Shown: positions 49,302 through 59,670 of the stretch, one piece after another | Numbering within the stretch: position 1 is the first letter of the stretch | Layout: each line of letters starts with the position of its first letter | The notes under the pieces: model-generated | Told to the model about the DNA's origin: nothing | Database searches by the model: none | Seen by the model: the letters and a program-made list of their open reading frames with translations, nothing else | Position numbers and translations under genes: made by a program | Source: a virus | Virus record (IMG/VR): IMGVR_UViG_3300045988_164075 | Direction: 5' to 3' (one strand) | DNA: 64,000 nucleotides

Positions 49302-50489
49302 ATGCGAAATAAAAATTATTGATTCTAATAGACATTGAGATAATTTAATTCAAAGAGAGTTATACGAAACAGCTGAAAAAGAAATTTTAGTTACTAGTTT
49401 AACCTCAGATACTCAATTAGGAAATAATATGCGACAAGTAGATGCTATTGTTACAATTGGGAACGAAAAGGGTTTTTATAAAAAATTATTATCGTTCGGA
49501 GAGAATATTCAGAAACGTTGAATACATTTTACAGAATGTCCTTCTAAGAAAACGATCCGAGAAAATATTATAAAAATTTTTAAAAATAATATTCTAAACT
49601 ATTCTTCGAACGAAATTTTTTCTATTATTACTCCAACTTATAATACAACTACAGAAGAAATCACTAGACTTTATCAATCATTAGTAAAACAAACTTATAC
49701 TGATTGAGATTGATGAGTTCTAGACGATCCTACTAATGATACGGTTATTAAAACATTAGAATCACTAAATGATTCTAGAATTTATATATTTAAAAATATT
49801 TCACATAAAGGAAATATTGGTTTTAATAAAGGGTATTAGGTTCTATGTGTTCTGGATCATATATAGTTGAAGTAGATCACGATGATGAATTAACTAGTGA
49901 TTGTTTACAAGTATTACATGATGCATTTAAAGCATATCCTGATGCTGGATTTGCTTATTCTCATACTTGTGAAATGAATCAAGACGGTCCTGCTGATTAT
50001 GGAGATGGATGAGGATTAATGCATGGTACAACAAGAATAGAGGTACTGGATGGCAAAAAAACTTTAATTGCAGTTACTCCTCATATTAATTGTGAAACAC
50101 TTCGTATGGGATGGACTTGTCCAAATCATGTTCGAGCTTGAAAAAGAGATACTTATAATAAATTGAGAGGACATAATCGAGATTTATCAATTGCTGATGA
50201 TTATGAACTAACAATTAGAACTTTTTTATCAACTCGTATGATAAGAATTGACAAAGCGTTATATATACAACATCATGAAACCATAACAGAATCCTATAGG
50301 AGAATTAAAGAAATAGCAAGAACTTTATCTTTAGCATTATCCACTTGAGATACTGCAATTCACAATCGTATCCCTGAAATTAATAACGCAACTGATTTGG
50401 TTTGAGACATTAAGAATAACTGTAGTTTACTAATGGATACTATTCGATACTCTGGCCTTAAACCTTTAAGTTATAATTATAAACCTTAA
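49302..50489 (+). pseudogene. GT2-family glycosyltransferase with TGA codons and two frame disruptions.
   Basis: ..FSIITPTYNTTTEEITRLYQSLVKQTYTD W D W W VLDDPTNDT..GNIGFNKG, then a -1 switch near 49838 into ..GSYIVEVDHDDEL... ATG 49302 is in a different frame from the N-terminal region, with the switch at the run AAATAAAAATT. Confidence 0.5.
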
Positions 50490-50500
50490 ATTATTAAAAG

Positions 50501-51121
50501 ATGCAATGCACAGGTTGTACAAGTATTCTTTTTCAGAATACTGAAGAAGTTTCTTTTGAAACATTTGCTAAAAACTGTTTACGAAGTTTCATACAAGTTG
50601 AAAAATGTAATGTTTTTGAAGAAGAATTTTTAGAAACTATTCAAAGTGATGATTATAATCTTGTTACATTTGATGAAAATTATAAGAAGTTAATTGAAAT
50701 TATTTCTGAAGATTTTACTGTTGAGAGTTATCGTGCTGATTTACGTAAAGCCATTAAACATTATAAGGAACAAATAGCTAAACTTGAGCGGTTCGAAGAG
50801 ATTGTTCTTAAAATGACAATAAAAGTTACTAATTGGAATCCTAATTCTGAAGATTTAATTGCTTTTAAACAATTTATGCTCGATCAATTGGAATTAACTT
50901 CTCAAAAGAGGGTTATCGATTACTACAGAAAGGAACTTTTAGAACTACAATCAAAACTAAAAATAGCAGATAAAGAATATAAGTCTGCTAGAGAAGAACA
51001 AATTACTCAACTATTAAATAGTTTAGAAAATAGTATACTTCAACTTAAACAATTACGAGCACAGAGATCAAAGAATAACCTGTGGTTAAAAGAAGTTTAT
51101 AAAGCAATTAAGCAAAAATAA
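50501..51121 (+). CDS. Hypothetical coiled-coil protein.
   Basis: 206-aa ORF. Confidence 0.45.
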   Translation: MQCTGCTSILFQNTEEVSFETFAKNCLRSFIQVEKCNVFEEEFLETIQSDDYNLVTFDENYKKLIEIISEDFTVESYRADLRKAIKHYKEQIAKLERFEEIVLKMTIKVTNWNPNSEDLIAFKQFMLDQLELTSQKRVIDYYRKELLELQSKLKIADKEYKSAREEQITQLLNSLENSILQLKQLRAQRSKNNLWLKEVYKAIKQK

Positions 51122-51144
51122 ACTTTAACTTAAATTTTCTACTT

Positions 51145-51450
51145 ATGTCTAGAAGTTATAAACGACCGATTATAAAAGATGCAGGAGGATATGGTACATA
51201 CTATCGTACTATTAAACGTAGAGTCCGTCAATATCTTCGAGAATCTTTAAAACGTTTAGATGATCCTACTTTTAATTTTGTAATTCCTCAGGAGAAAGAA
51301 ATAGTTAATGATTATGATGTATGTGATTGGGTATTTGATTATGAACATAGACCTTTACGTTACCCAAGATACCATAATCGATACAATTATTCAGCAGAGG
51401 ATGCTAAAAGAGATAGAGAAGAAAACATTAAGAAATATAGTAGAAAATAG
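51145..51450 (+). CDS. Hypothetical basic protein.
   Basis: 101-aa ORF. Confidence 0.45.
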   Translation: MSRSYKRPIIKDAGGYGTYYRTIKRRVRQYLRESLKRLDDPTFNFVIPQEKEIVNDYDVCDWVFDYEHRPLRYPRYHNRYNYSAEDAKRDREENIKKYSRK

Positions 51451-51458
51451 AAAACAAA

Positions 51459-51529
51459 GGTATAGTGACCGAGTGGTTAGGTTAAGGTCTGCAAAACCTT
51501 ATACATAAGTTCGAATCTTATCTATACCT
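51459..51529 (+). tRNA. tRNA-Cys(GCA).
   Basis: GGTATAG/CTATACC, AAGGT-CTGCAAA-ACCTT, ATAAG-TTCGAAT-CTTAT. Confidence 0.8.
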
Positions 51530-51545
51530 CTAAAATATTTATTTT

Positions 51546-51701
51546 ATGGATAAATTTACATTAGATTATATTAAAACTTCTAGAAAATTTTCTAGAGAAG
51601 AGGAAATTAGATTATATGGTAAGCCTCTTCTAAAACATAAGATATATAAATTAAAGAATAAATATAAACGAAATAAAAAAGTCTATGTTAACGACGATTA
51701 A
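51546..51701 (+). CDS. Small basic protein.
   Basis: MDKFTLDYIKTSRKFSREEEIRLYGKPLL.. Confidence 0.35.
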   Translation: MDKFTLDYIKTSRKFSREEEIRLYGKPLLKHKIYKLKNKYKRNKKVYVNDD

Positions 51702-51834
51702 TAATTATTGAAATACTATAAGAACTATTTTTAGATTGTATTTTAAAATTACACAATTAACTTTTTTAGAATTAAAAGAAGTAATTGAAGTAATATCTAA
51801 AAGTGAGGAAAATATTAAAGACTTTCATAAATTA

Positions 51835-52005
51835 ATGTTAGTATTATTAGTAATTCAACTAATATTTACTTTTGGAATTTATCCATTAATTGTATTATAC
51901 GGGTGAAATTTAATTATAGTAGGTTTATTTGGAGTTCCAATTATAGGGTACTTATGAGCCTTATTAATTTCTTTTTTGATAAATATTATATTACATAGAT
52001 TATAA
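51835..52005 (+). CDS. Small membrane protein, two in-frame TGA.
   Basis: MLVLLVIQLIFTFGIYPLIVLYG W NLIIVGLFGVPIIGYL W ALLISFL.. The start is uncertain. Confidence 0.35.
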
Positions 52006-52022
52006 ATTTTAAAGACTAAGTT

Positions 52023-52358
52023 ATGAAAAAATCTAGATTTTATCACACGGCTCCCAGAATGAAAGTAGAAGCTTTCGTAGATTTATCAAAAGATAAAATA
52101 AATTTTGGTAAAATTATTAAAAGTTATCCAAGATATACTATTTGTGGATCGTTAGATTATGATACAAACTTACTTTCTTTTGGAGTAGCTTGTTGTTCAG
52201 GAAAAGATGTTTATAACAAGAAAATTGGGCGCAGAATATCTGAGGGACGTGCTCTTAAAACTCCTATTGTAACAGTATCAGTTACTAAAGAAAACATTTC
52301 TGAAGTATTTATTACGACCGCTAAACAAATTGAAAAAGAACTTTATCAAAATGACTAA
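52023..52358 (+). CDS. Hypothetical protein.
   Basis: 111-aa ORF. Confidence 0.45.
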   Translation: MKKSRFYHTAPRMKVEAFVDLSKDKINFGKIIKSYPRYTICGSLDYDTNLLSFGVACCSGKDVYNKKIGRRISEGRALKTPIVTVSVTKENISEVFITTAKQIEKELYQND

Positions 52359-52518
52359 CGATATTGTTATAAAAGGAAAATTTAGTACTTCTAAAGATCT
52401 AAATGATTTTATTGAAAAACTTCAAGAACTTTGTACAAAAGAAGAAATTATATTTAGTGGAAGAATCGATGTATTTGAATTTACTGAATATGAAGAAATA
52501 ATAGATACAGTAGGATAA
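52351..52518 (+). CDS. Hypothetical protein.
   Basis: ORF 52330..52518 trimmed to ATG 52351. Confidence 0.35.
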   Translation: MTNDIVIKGKFSTSKDLNDFIEKLQELCTKEEIIFSGRIDVFEFTEYEEIIDTVG

Positions 52519-52524
52519 TCTTAA

Positions 52525-52914
52525 ATGAAAAAGTTAATAGTAAAAATCCCAATTTTTAATAGTATTGTAACTATTTTACAATCAGATAATATCCAAGAAG
52601 TAGATAATTATATATGTAGTGTACATAATTGTCCTAGTGATTTAACAAATTTTTATACTGATGATATTGATGGAAAAGTTTTTATAACTCCAGATAATGT
52701 ATGTTATGTATGGATACAAAGTGATTCTGGGGTATTAACTTTAATTCATGAGATTGGGCATGCTGTGTATCATTTAATGCGGTGTTATGGTCTTGAAGGA
52801 GAAGAAATATTTTTGTATTTACAAGACTATATTCTTAAACAAGTAATATGTACGAAGCCTGAACTGATGGAAGCTTTAAGCCATCTATCAATTGTGGAGG
52901 ATACTCAACAATAA
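52525..52914 (+). CDS. HExxH-motif protein (putative metallopeptidase).
   Basis: ..LTLIHEIGHAVYHL.. Confidence 0.4.
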   Translation: MKKLIVKIPIFNSIVTILQSDNIQEVDNYICSVHNCPSDLTNFYTDDIDGKVFITPDNVCYVWIQSDSGVLTLIHEIGHAVYHLMRCYGLEGEEIFLYLQDYILKQVICTKPELMEALSHLSIVEDTQQ

Positions 52915-53291
52915 TTACTCAAAATCAGCAAATAATAAAAAAAATCTATCAAGGATTTAAAAATACTACAAATAATAGGATGGAACTTTATGGAGTATTA
53001 GAAACATTAAAATATTTTGATACTCCTACACAAATTACTATTTATTCTGATTCACAATATGTTGTTGGAAGTATTAATAATGGACATTTAGAAAAGTGAA
53101 TTTCTTCAAACAATTTCTCTAAGAAAAATTTAGATTTATGGCGACAAATATATGAATATTTAAAGATTCACGATACCAGATTTATTTGAGTAAAAGGGCA
53201 TAATGAAAATTCGTTTAACGAAATGGCAGATTTATATGCTTGCCATGCAGCAGAGTGTTTAAACTTACAAGAAGACAAGATAAATGAATAA
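52848..53291 (+). CDS. rnhA: Ribonuclease HI, four in-frame TGA.
   Basis: MYEA W TDGS..GGYS..TTNNRMELYGVLETL..IYSDSQYVVGSI..LEK W ISS..NLDLWRQI..FI W VKGH..NEMADLYA. The TGA at 53187-53189 falls on the conserved Trp of the WVKGH motif. The 5' end overlaps ORF 52525..52914 by 67 nt in another frame. Confidence 0.85.
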
Positions 53292-53655
53292 TATATTAGT
53301 AGTTAAAAAAGTAGGTAATCATTGGTATCCTTGTATTAAACATAATTGGACTGGAGATATTGTAATTCCTCATAAGATTGAACTTATCTTTAATATCATT
53401 GCTATGGGAGAAGAGGTTTTACATCTAGAGTTTGAAGAATTACATTCTATTGTTGAAGGACTCAATATTATATGGTTTAATGATGCTGATATTACTCAGT
53501 ATATGATTACTGATGATGAAGATGAATTTGATTTTGATATGCATTTTACTATTAATGATAAAGAATTTTATATTTCGTCTTATCTGTATACATTATTAGA
53601 AGATCAATTTCATTTTAATTTCCACGATACAATTTACAGACTATATATATGGTAA
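53284..53655 (+). CDS. Hypothetical acidic protein.
   Basis: 123-aa ORF. Confidence 0.45.
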   Translation: MNNILVVKKVGNHWYPCIKHNWTGDIVIPHKIELIFNIIAMGEEVLHLEFEELHSIVEGLNIIWFNDADITQYMITDDEDEFDFDMHFTINDKEFYISSYLYTLLEDQFHFNFHDTIYRLYIW

Positions 53656-53900
53656 TAGAAGAAGCTGATTTCAAGATGGAGTCTGATAATCGAGGTAGAT
53701 TTGATTTGTCTTTTCGTAATAATACAAATACAAATTGGAAACTTTACGGTTATAGTATGACTCTAAAAAACTGTATCCAGGCAATTTCACACGAACGATT
53801 AAGTCAAAAACTAGATGTAACTGATTTGAAAACTTTTATTAAAGAATTAAAATCAATGCATAATGAAGTAGTTAATTTATTATCTATAATTAATGAATAA
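53649..53900 (+). CDS. Hypothetical protein.
   Basis: 83-aa ORF. Confidence 0.4.
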   Translation: MVIEEADFKMESDNRGRFDLSFRNNTNTNWKLYGYSMTLKNCIQAISHERLSQKLDVTDLKTFIKELKSMHNEVVNLLSIINE

Positions 53901-54096
53901 TTATCGTTTAGAAATAGTTGAAGTTACCAAAAATACTTGTTGTTTAATTTATTCAAAATACTTTGAATCAGATCAAAATATTAAAGAAGATACTTATTGA
54001 AGAAACAATAAGTGTATAACTATTTCAAAATATGATCCTACATGCGACTTAAAACAAACACGCAAACGCAAGACCAAATTACAGACGCAAGAGTAG
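53893..54096 (+). CDS. Hypothetical protein, one in-frame TGA.
   Basis: MNNYRLEIVEVTKNTCCLIYSKYFESDQNIKEDTY W RNNKC.. Confidence 0.4.
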
Positions 54097-54116
54097 CTAA
54101 AACTGAAGTAAATGTA

Positions 54117-54904
54117 ATGAAAAGACGTATCTGTACTTTATCAGATAAAATGGTAGAACTACTAGTACGTCAATTACAACACGAATTGTATAATCATAAT
54201 CTTTATCGTACCTTTGCTAATTTTTATGGTACTCAAGGTCTAGCTGTACTTGAACAATATTATATAGACCGAGCAGAAGAAGAAAAACTTCATCACGATT
54301 GGATTTATGGTTATTTAAACGAAAATGATGCTATATTTATCTATCCTGAAATTCCAGGAATTGTAGAGAAATGGGATGATAACATTAAACCATTCGCTTT
54401 AACTGTAGATAAAGAAATTGAAACAACAGGTCTTATCTATGATATGGTAAATCAAGCAGTTTCAGATAATGATTGGGCGACTTTTAATTGGCTAAACGGA
54501 GATGATGAAAAAGTTGGACGTTTAGTTCAAGAACAGGTAAACTTCTTTTGCCTGGCTGCATAGTAATATGTAGTATAAAATAGATCAAAAACGGTGAAAG
54601 CTGAGATGCTAATACCGTGCTAAACGTATTAATAATATAATACGTCAGTGTAACGCGTAGGTTTTGAAACTTGAAAAAGAATAAAATAAACCCAAGAGTG
54701 ATCTACTCCTAATAAATTAGGATGAAAATGTACGCTGAACTATAAGGAATTCAACTTATAGAAGTTAAGATAAAAAGCTTAACGATAACAAATTGAGAAG
54801 AAGAGTCTATTAGTAGAACTGCGCTTGATATTGCTGAAGAGGAAGGGTCTTGGTTGCGTAAAGAAAAATCTATTATGAATGCTTACAAAGGAGACACAGA
54901 TTAA
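54117..54904 (+). CDS. Ferritin-like protein split by a group I intron. Exon 1 is 54117..54538, exon 2 is 54796..54904.
   Basis: ..LLVRQLQHELYNHNLYRTFANFY..DRAEEEKLHHDWIYGYL..DWATFNWL.. The join gives ..RLVQEQV|EEESISRTALDIAEEE.., matching the ferritin ..EQhEEE.. helix. Start taken at ATG 54117. Confidence 0.7.
54539..54795 (+). mobile_element. ORF-less group I intron (257 nt) in the ferritin-like gene.
   Basis: P1 pairs exon CAGGT with intron GCCTG (U.G at the splice site). The intron starts AAACTT and ends ..GATGAAAATGTACGCTGAACTATAAGG..GATAACAAATTG|. Confidence 0.75.
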
Positions 54905-55640
54905 AGTACCAGATGATATTGATAATCTTTATTTTTGCGGTGATATTCACGCAAATCTAGATTATATTAAATACTTTATAAAAACAGGAGTTGGATTTAA
55001 AAATAAAATATCTAACTCCTGTATTATTTTATGTGGAGATGTAGGATTAGGATTTGCTCCAAAGTTAGAAGAACAGAAGTTAAGCGAGCTTAAAAAGATT
55101 TGCGAGAAGCAAAACTGTATAATAATGTGCTGTAGAGGCAACCACGACTCGTTTTTAGCTTTTCAGAACTCTAAATATAAATCAGGAAGAGTAATTACTC
55201 TATCTGATTATGATATTATAGAATTTAAAAATAAAAGAATTCTAACTATTGGTGGTGGAACCTCAATAGATCGACTTTATCGGAAACAAAATGGCTGGGG
55301 TTATTGGGAAGATGAAAAAATTGCCTATTTAGATGATTTTTCACAATTCCAAAATATACAAATAATTTGTAGTCATTGTGCTCCTACTTGTGCTTATCCT
55401 TATGGATTCGATAATCCTATAGTTAAGCAATTTTGTAAAGATGATCTAACTCTAATGGATGAATTGATCTATGAAAGAGATTATTTACAACGTCTTTATA
55501 ACAAACTTTCTAAAACAAATACCATAGAAGATTGGTATTATGGTCACTATCATCAAAACATGTTCCAAACTATTAATAATACAAGATTTCATTTGTTAGG
55601 AATAAACAATATAGTTCAATATGTTAACTCTGAAATGTAA
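54879..55640 (+). CDS. Metallophosphoesterase.
   Basis: ..LYFCGDIHAN..CGDVGLG..RGNHD..SHCAP..GHYH. Confidence 0.6.
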   Translation: MLTKETQIKVPDDIDNLYFCGDIHANLDYIKYFIKTGVGFKNKISNSCIILCGDVGLGFAPKLEEQKLSELKKICEKQNCIIMCCRGNHDSFLAFQNSKYKSGRVITLSDYDIIEFKNKRILTIGGGTSIDRLYRKQNGWGYWEDEKIAYLDDFSQFQNIQIICSHCAPTCAYPYGFDNPIVKQFCKDDLTLMDELIYERDYLQRLYNKLSKTNTIEDWYYGHYHQNMFQTINNTRFHLLGINNIVQYVNSEM

Positions 55641-55935
55641 ATTAGTTGCTGTACAAGATGGGACATATACTAATTATGTATTTGAAGATGTTGATAAAGA
55701 ACTAAACAGCGAATTAAAGTATATTGCTTGTACTAAACCACCTAATTGAAACTATTCTACTGAACTTAAAATAGGAGATGTTGGATATTTAACATGTAAG
55801 TTTGTAGAGGCTGGAGTAACACAATGGTATAATCCAGAACAAAAAGATTTTTGTGTCTATAATTATACTAATTGTTACTTTATAAACTTTATTAAAGTAC
55901 AAGAAAATATAAGTAATAAAGAATTTAATTTTTAA
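55621..55935 (+). CDS. Hypothetical protein, one in-frame TGA.
   Basis: MLTLKCKLVAVQDGTYTNYVFEDV...KPPN W NYSTELK.. Confidence 0.45.
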
Positions 55936-55939
55936 ATAT

Positions 55940-56779
55940 ATGAGTACAGAATTTGGAAGTATATTGCAGCGAGCAATTGAAAATAAAAGTAACGATATTA
56001 ATTCGTTTACGTGGTGTTTTCAAAATGGAAAAAATGTTAAATTAATGGATTGTACAAGAGAAGAACTAAAAAAGTTCTGAAAGCATAGTAATGAAATGCT
56101 ATATAATACTAATCGGTATAATCCAGGGAAAATAACAATTAGAGAAAATATCAATCGAATTTATAATGATTGTAATGCAGAATTATTTGTACGTTATTTG
56201 CTAACTGAATGTGAGGTTGATGCACTTAAAACTCGCAAAGATATTCTTGATTATATAAATCAACGTAAATCAGCAGATAATCTGTCTTTATCTGATTCAA
56301 TTGCAACAATATTTACAGGACTTCCAGCAATTTATGAAAAGATTACACTTGCAAAGTTAATGGATGCTTGTTTTGATAAATTAGAAATTATTAATAAAAA
56401 GATGATTTCTGATAAGTTTATTTTAGCACAAGGTATCTGATTGACTGATGCAGAAAAGGAAGAATTAACTGAGTATGATAGTAATGGTAAAATGCGTAAT
56501 CGTATGGATGTAATTAAGGAACGTTTAATTATTAATCCTGAAATTAAATTAAGAATATGTCCTACTGGACTTTCTTATTCAGAATTTCGAGCATTGCGTC
56601 AAATGCCGAATTTACCTAAAATTGTTGATCTTCCTTCTGTTACATTGAAGACACTGCGAGATAAAATATTACTATTGTTAAATAACGATCTCGATTATCA
56701 TATACATAAGTGGGAGACTATTAAAAACAATATTCAACGTGTAGCAGAATATAAAAATTGGAGTTTAGATATTAACTAA
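55940..56779 (+). CDS. Hypothetical protein, 279 aa, two in-frame TGA.
   Basis: ATG 55940, ORF 56096..56440 and ORF 56441..56779 are all in one frame, joined by TGA. Confidence 0.5.
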
Positions 56780-56853
56780 TTTAATTTTATAAATTCCAAA
56801 TCAATTTTAATTTTTTCTAATTTATTAGGTTTAATTATAAATAATTACTAATT

Positions 56854-57783
56854 TTGTTAAAATTAAATTTACCGCTACTAGAGGAGTTATGTTTAATTAA
56901 TAGTCCATCTGGTCTTGAATTCTCAATGACAACATATATTATAAACTATTGTTATCAAATTAAAGGAATTCAATATAAAATAGATAAAGTAGGAAATCTG
57001 TTTATTACAAAAAATACAACTTCTCCTAAAACGTATCCTTGTTTAATAGCACATATGGATGAAATACATAATCTTAATATACCTAGAAAAATTATGCTTA
57101 AAAATAATTTAATCTGAGCTGTTACAGAGGATACTAAACAACCTTGCGGATTAGGAGCAGACGATAAGTTTGGTATTTGTATTATTTTACAATTATTAAA
57201 AATATTACCTGACATCAAAGTGTGTTTTACTGTACAAGAAGAATCCTATGGTATAGGTGCTATAGAAGCACAATTAAATTCAGAATTTTTTAGCAATATT
57301 AGATTTATGATTGAGCCTGATAGACGAGGAAATTCTGATATAATTGTAGAAACAAATTGCTTAAAAATAGCCTCTGATGAGTTTCTTGAAGATATTTCAG
57401 ATTTACTACAAAAATATAAATATAAGCCTGCAATTGGAACATTTACAGATATTGGCGTATTAAAAGAAACAGTTAATGTTTCTGCTATTAATTTATCTTG
57501 TGGATATTATAAAGAACATACTTCAAGAGAATATGGACGCTTAAATGAACTAGAAAAATGTTTAAATCTTATTTATGATATTATAAATAAAGCTATAAAA
57601 GTATATGTTCATGATTCTCCTGATAAAGCGTATTGTTCATGGTATTATGATACCTATGGAGATGATGGCATTAGTAATTTAGATAATTATTCAACTATTT
57701 CATACGCAGAAGCATCTTATATTTGTCATAACTGTAAAGAGCACGATTGTAGTAAATGTAAAATTTGGGAAATTGCTCGATAG
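56854..57783 (+). CDS. M42/M20-like peptidase.
   Basis: ORFs 56854..57117 and 57220..57783 are in frame through one TGA. Contains ..INSPSGLE..IAHMDE..GLGADDKFG..FTVQEESYGIGA.. The start codon is uncertain (TTG). Confidence 0.5.
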
Positions 57784-58993
57784 AACAACTCGACAAAAAG
57801 AAAGCATTAAACGATGATTAGATAATAATGGTAAAGGGATATTAGAATGCACTACAGGCTATGGTAAGACATTTTTATCTATAATGTTAATTCAGTCAAT
57901 GTTAAAATCTAATCCTGATACTCAGGTTCTTATAAGTGTTCCTACAGAAATACTAAAAGAACAATGAGATAGACAGCTTATTAAATATCATTTATTTAAT
58001 AGTTGTAAGGTTGAAATTATTAATACAATTATTAAAAAAAGATATTTTGTAGATTTACTAATTATTGACGAAATCCATACTGCCTGTAGTCCAACTTTTA
58101 TTCAGATATTTAGCGCTGTAAAATATAAATATATATTAGGACTAACAGGAACTCTTGAACGATTAGACGGTAGACATAAACTATTAGAAAAATATTGTCC
58201 TGTTGTTGATAGAGTCACTGTAGAAGAAGCTATTGAAAATAATTGATTATCTGATTATCGAGAGTATAAAATATTACTCAAAGTTGATTTAAGTGAGTAT
58301 TGAGAGTTAAATAAAAAGTTTAACTCGTATTTTTCTTTTTTTAACTATGAGTTTGATACCGCAATGGGATGTGTAACAAATATTATTAAACGCCGTGCAT
58401 ATGCTAAACATATGGGAGTTTCATACGATCAAATAACAGCAATAGCTATGGATTGGTTGAGGTGTTTAAAGAAACGGAAAGACTTTGTGATGAAACATCC
58501 AAAAAAATTAGAAATAGCACATAAAATATTAGAGCATAGACAGGATTGTAAATGTATTACTTTTTCTGCAACTATTGCTGAAGCTGAGAAAATAAAATAT
58601 GGGTATACATTACATAGCGGTAAAACAAAGAAGAAAAATAGATTAACTTTAGAAGAGTTTTCAAGTTTACCAGTTGGTGTATTAAATACTAATAAAGCAG
58701 CAGATTTAGGACTAGATGTTCCAAACTTAAGTGTAGCAATTATACTTAGTGGAACTAGCGCATCTATCCAAAAAAATCAACGTTTAGGCAGAATACTAAG
58801 AAAAGAAGGCGATAAAGTTTCAGAAGTATTTAGTCTAATTATAGCTGGAACAATGGAAGAAAATTGGTATTCAAACTCTTCAACTCATTCTTATATAACT
58901 ATTACTGAAGATCAACTAGATGCAGTTTTAAATAGACAGCAAATTGAAACTAGACAAAGAGATACAATTAAAAGTATTGAATATAGATTTTAA
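57773..58993 (+). CDS. SF2 (DEAD/DEAH-like) helicase, five in-frame TGA in the N-terminal half.
   Basis: ..TRQKESIKR W LDNNGKGILECTTGYGKTF..LLIIDEIH..LGLTGTLER.. continues into ORF 58364..58993 (..ITFSATI..VLNTNKAADLGLDVP..QRLGRILR). The start is assumed at TTG 57773. Confidence 0.65.
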
Positions 58994-59070
58994 CAATTCC
59001 ACAAACTAAACATCTAATAAACTAGAGCTAAAAGTTTGAAGTTAATTTTTGATTAACAAAATTAATTTTA

Positions 59071-59667
59071 GTGGAATTAAATACAATCATAAATATTCTA
59101 ATTGAATATAATATTACTGCTGATGAGTTACTATTAATTTATTTAACTTTCTTAGCTCAAGATGAAGAAGGCCATCCAGAATATCTTTCTAAATGATTAA
59201 ATAACGGAGGACAAAAATATCTGAAACCTTTATTTAATTCTTTAAAAGAAAAAGGAATTATAAAGAAAAACTATAATCCTGATAAATATATTCCTAATGA
59301 TATAGAATTTAATCAGAATTTTATTAAAAGCTATATTAAACGTTCTGGAGAATTAGGTAAAGAATTGTTTGATAACTACGAACCTTTTTGTACTGTAAAT
59401 GGAAAAGTATATAGTTTAAGAAACATTTCTAAAAAGTTTTACTCTTTAGATGAATTTTATTTTTATTATTCTAAAACAATTGGACATTCAAAAGAAAAAC
59501 ATAAAGAAATTATGGATTTATTAGAATGAGCAAAATCTAATAAACTTATTAAAAGTGGAATATTAGAATTTGTTGCAAGTTGTAAATGGAATGATTTAAA
59601 ATTAATGAAAGAAAAGGGAATTACTCCTGAAACAGTTTCTTCATTTGATGTATATGAAAGTATGTAA
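59071..59667 (+). CDS. Hypothetical protein upstream of the DnaB-like helicase (loader-like by position only).
   Basis: An open frame with two TGA runs from GTG 59071 to TAA 59665-59667. There is no ATG upstream in frame. Confidence 0.35.
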
Positions 59668-59670
59668 TTC

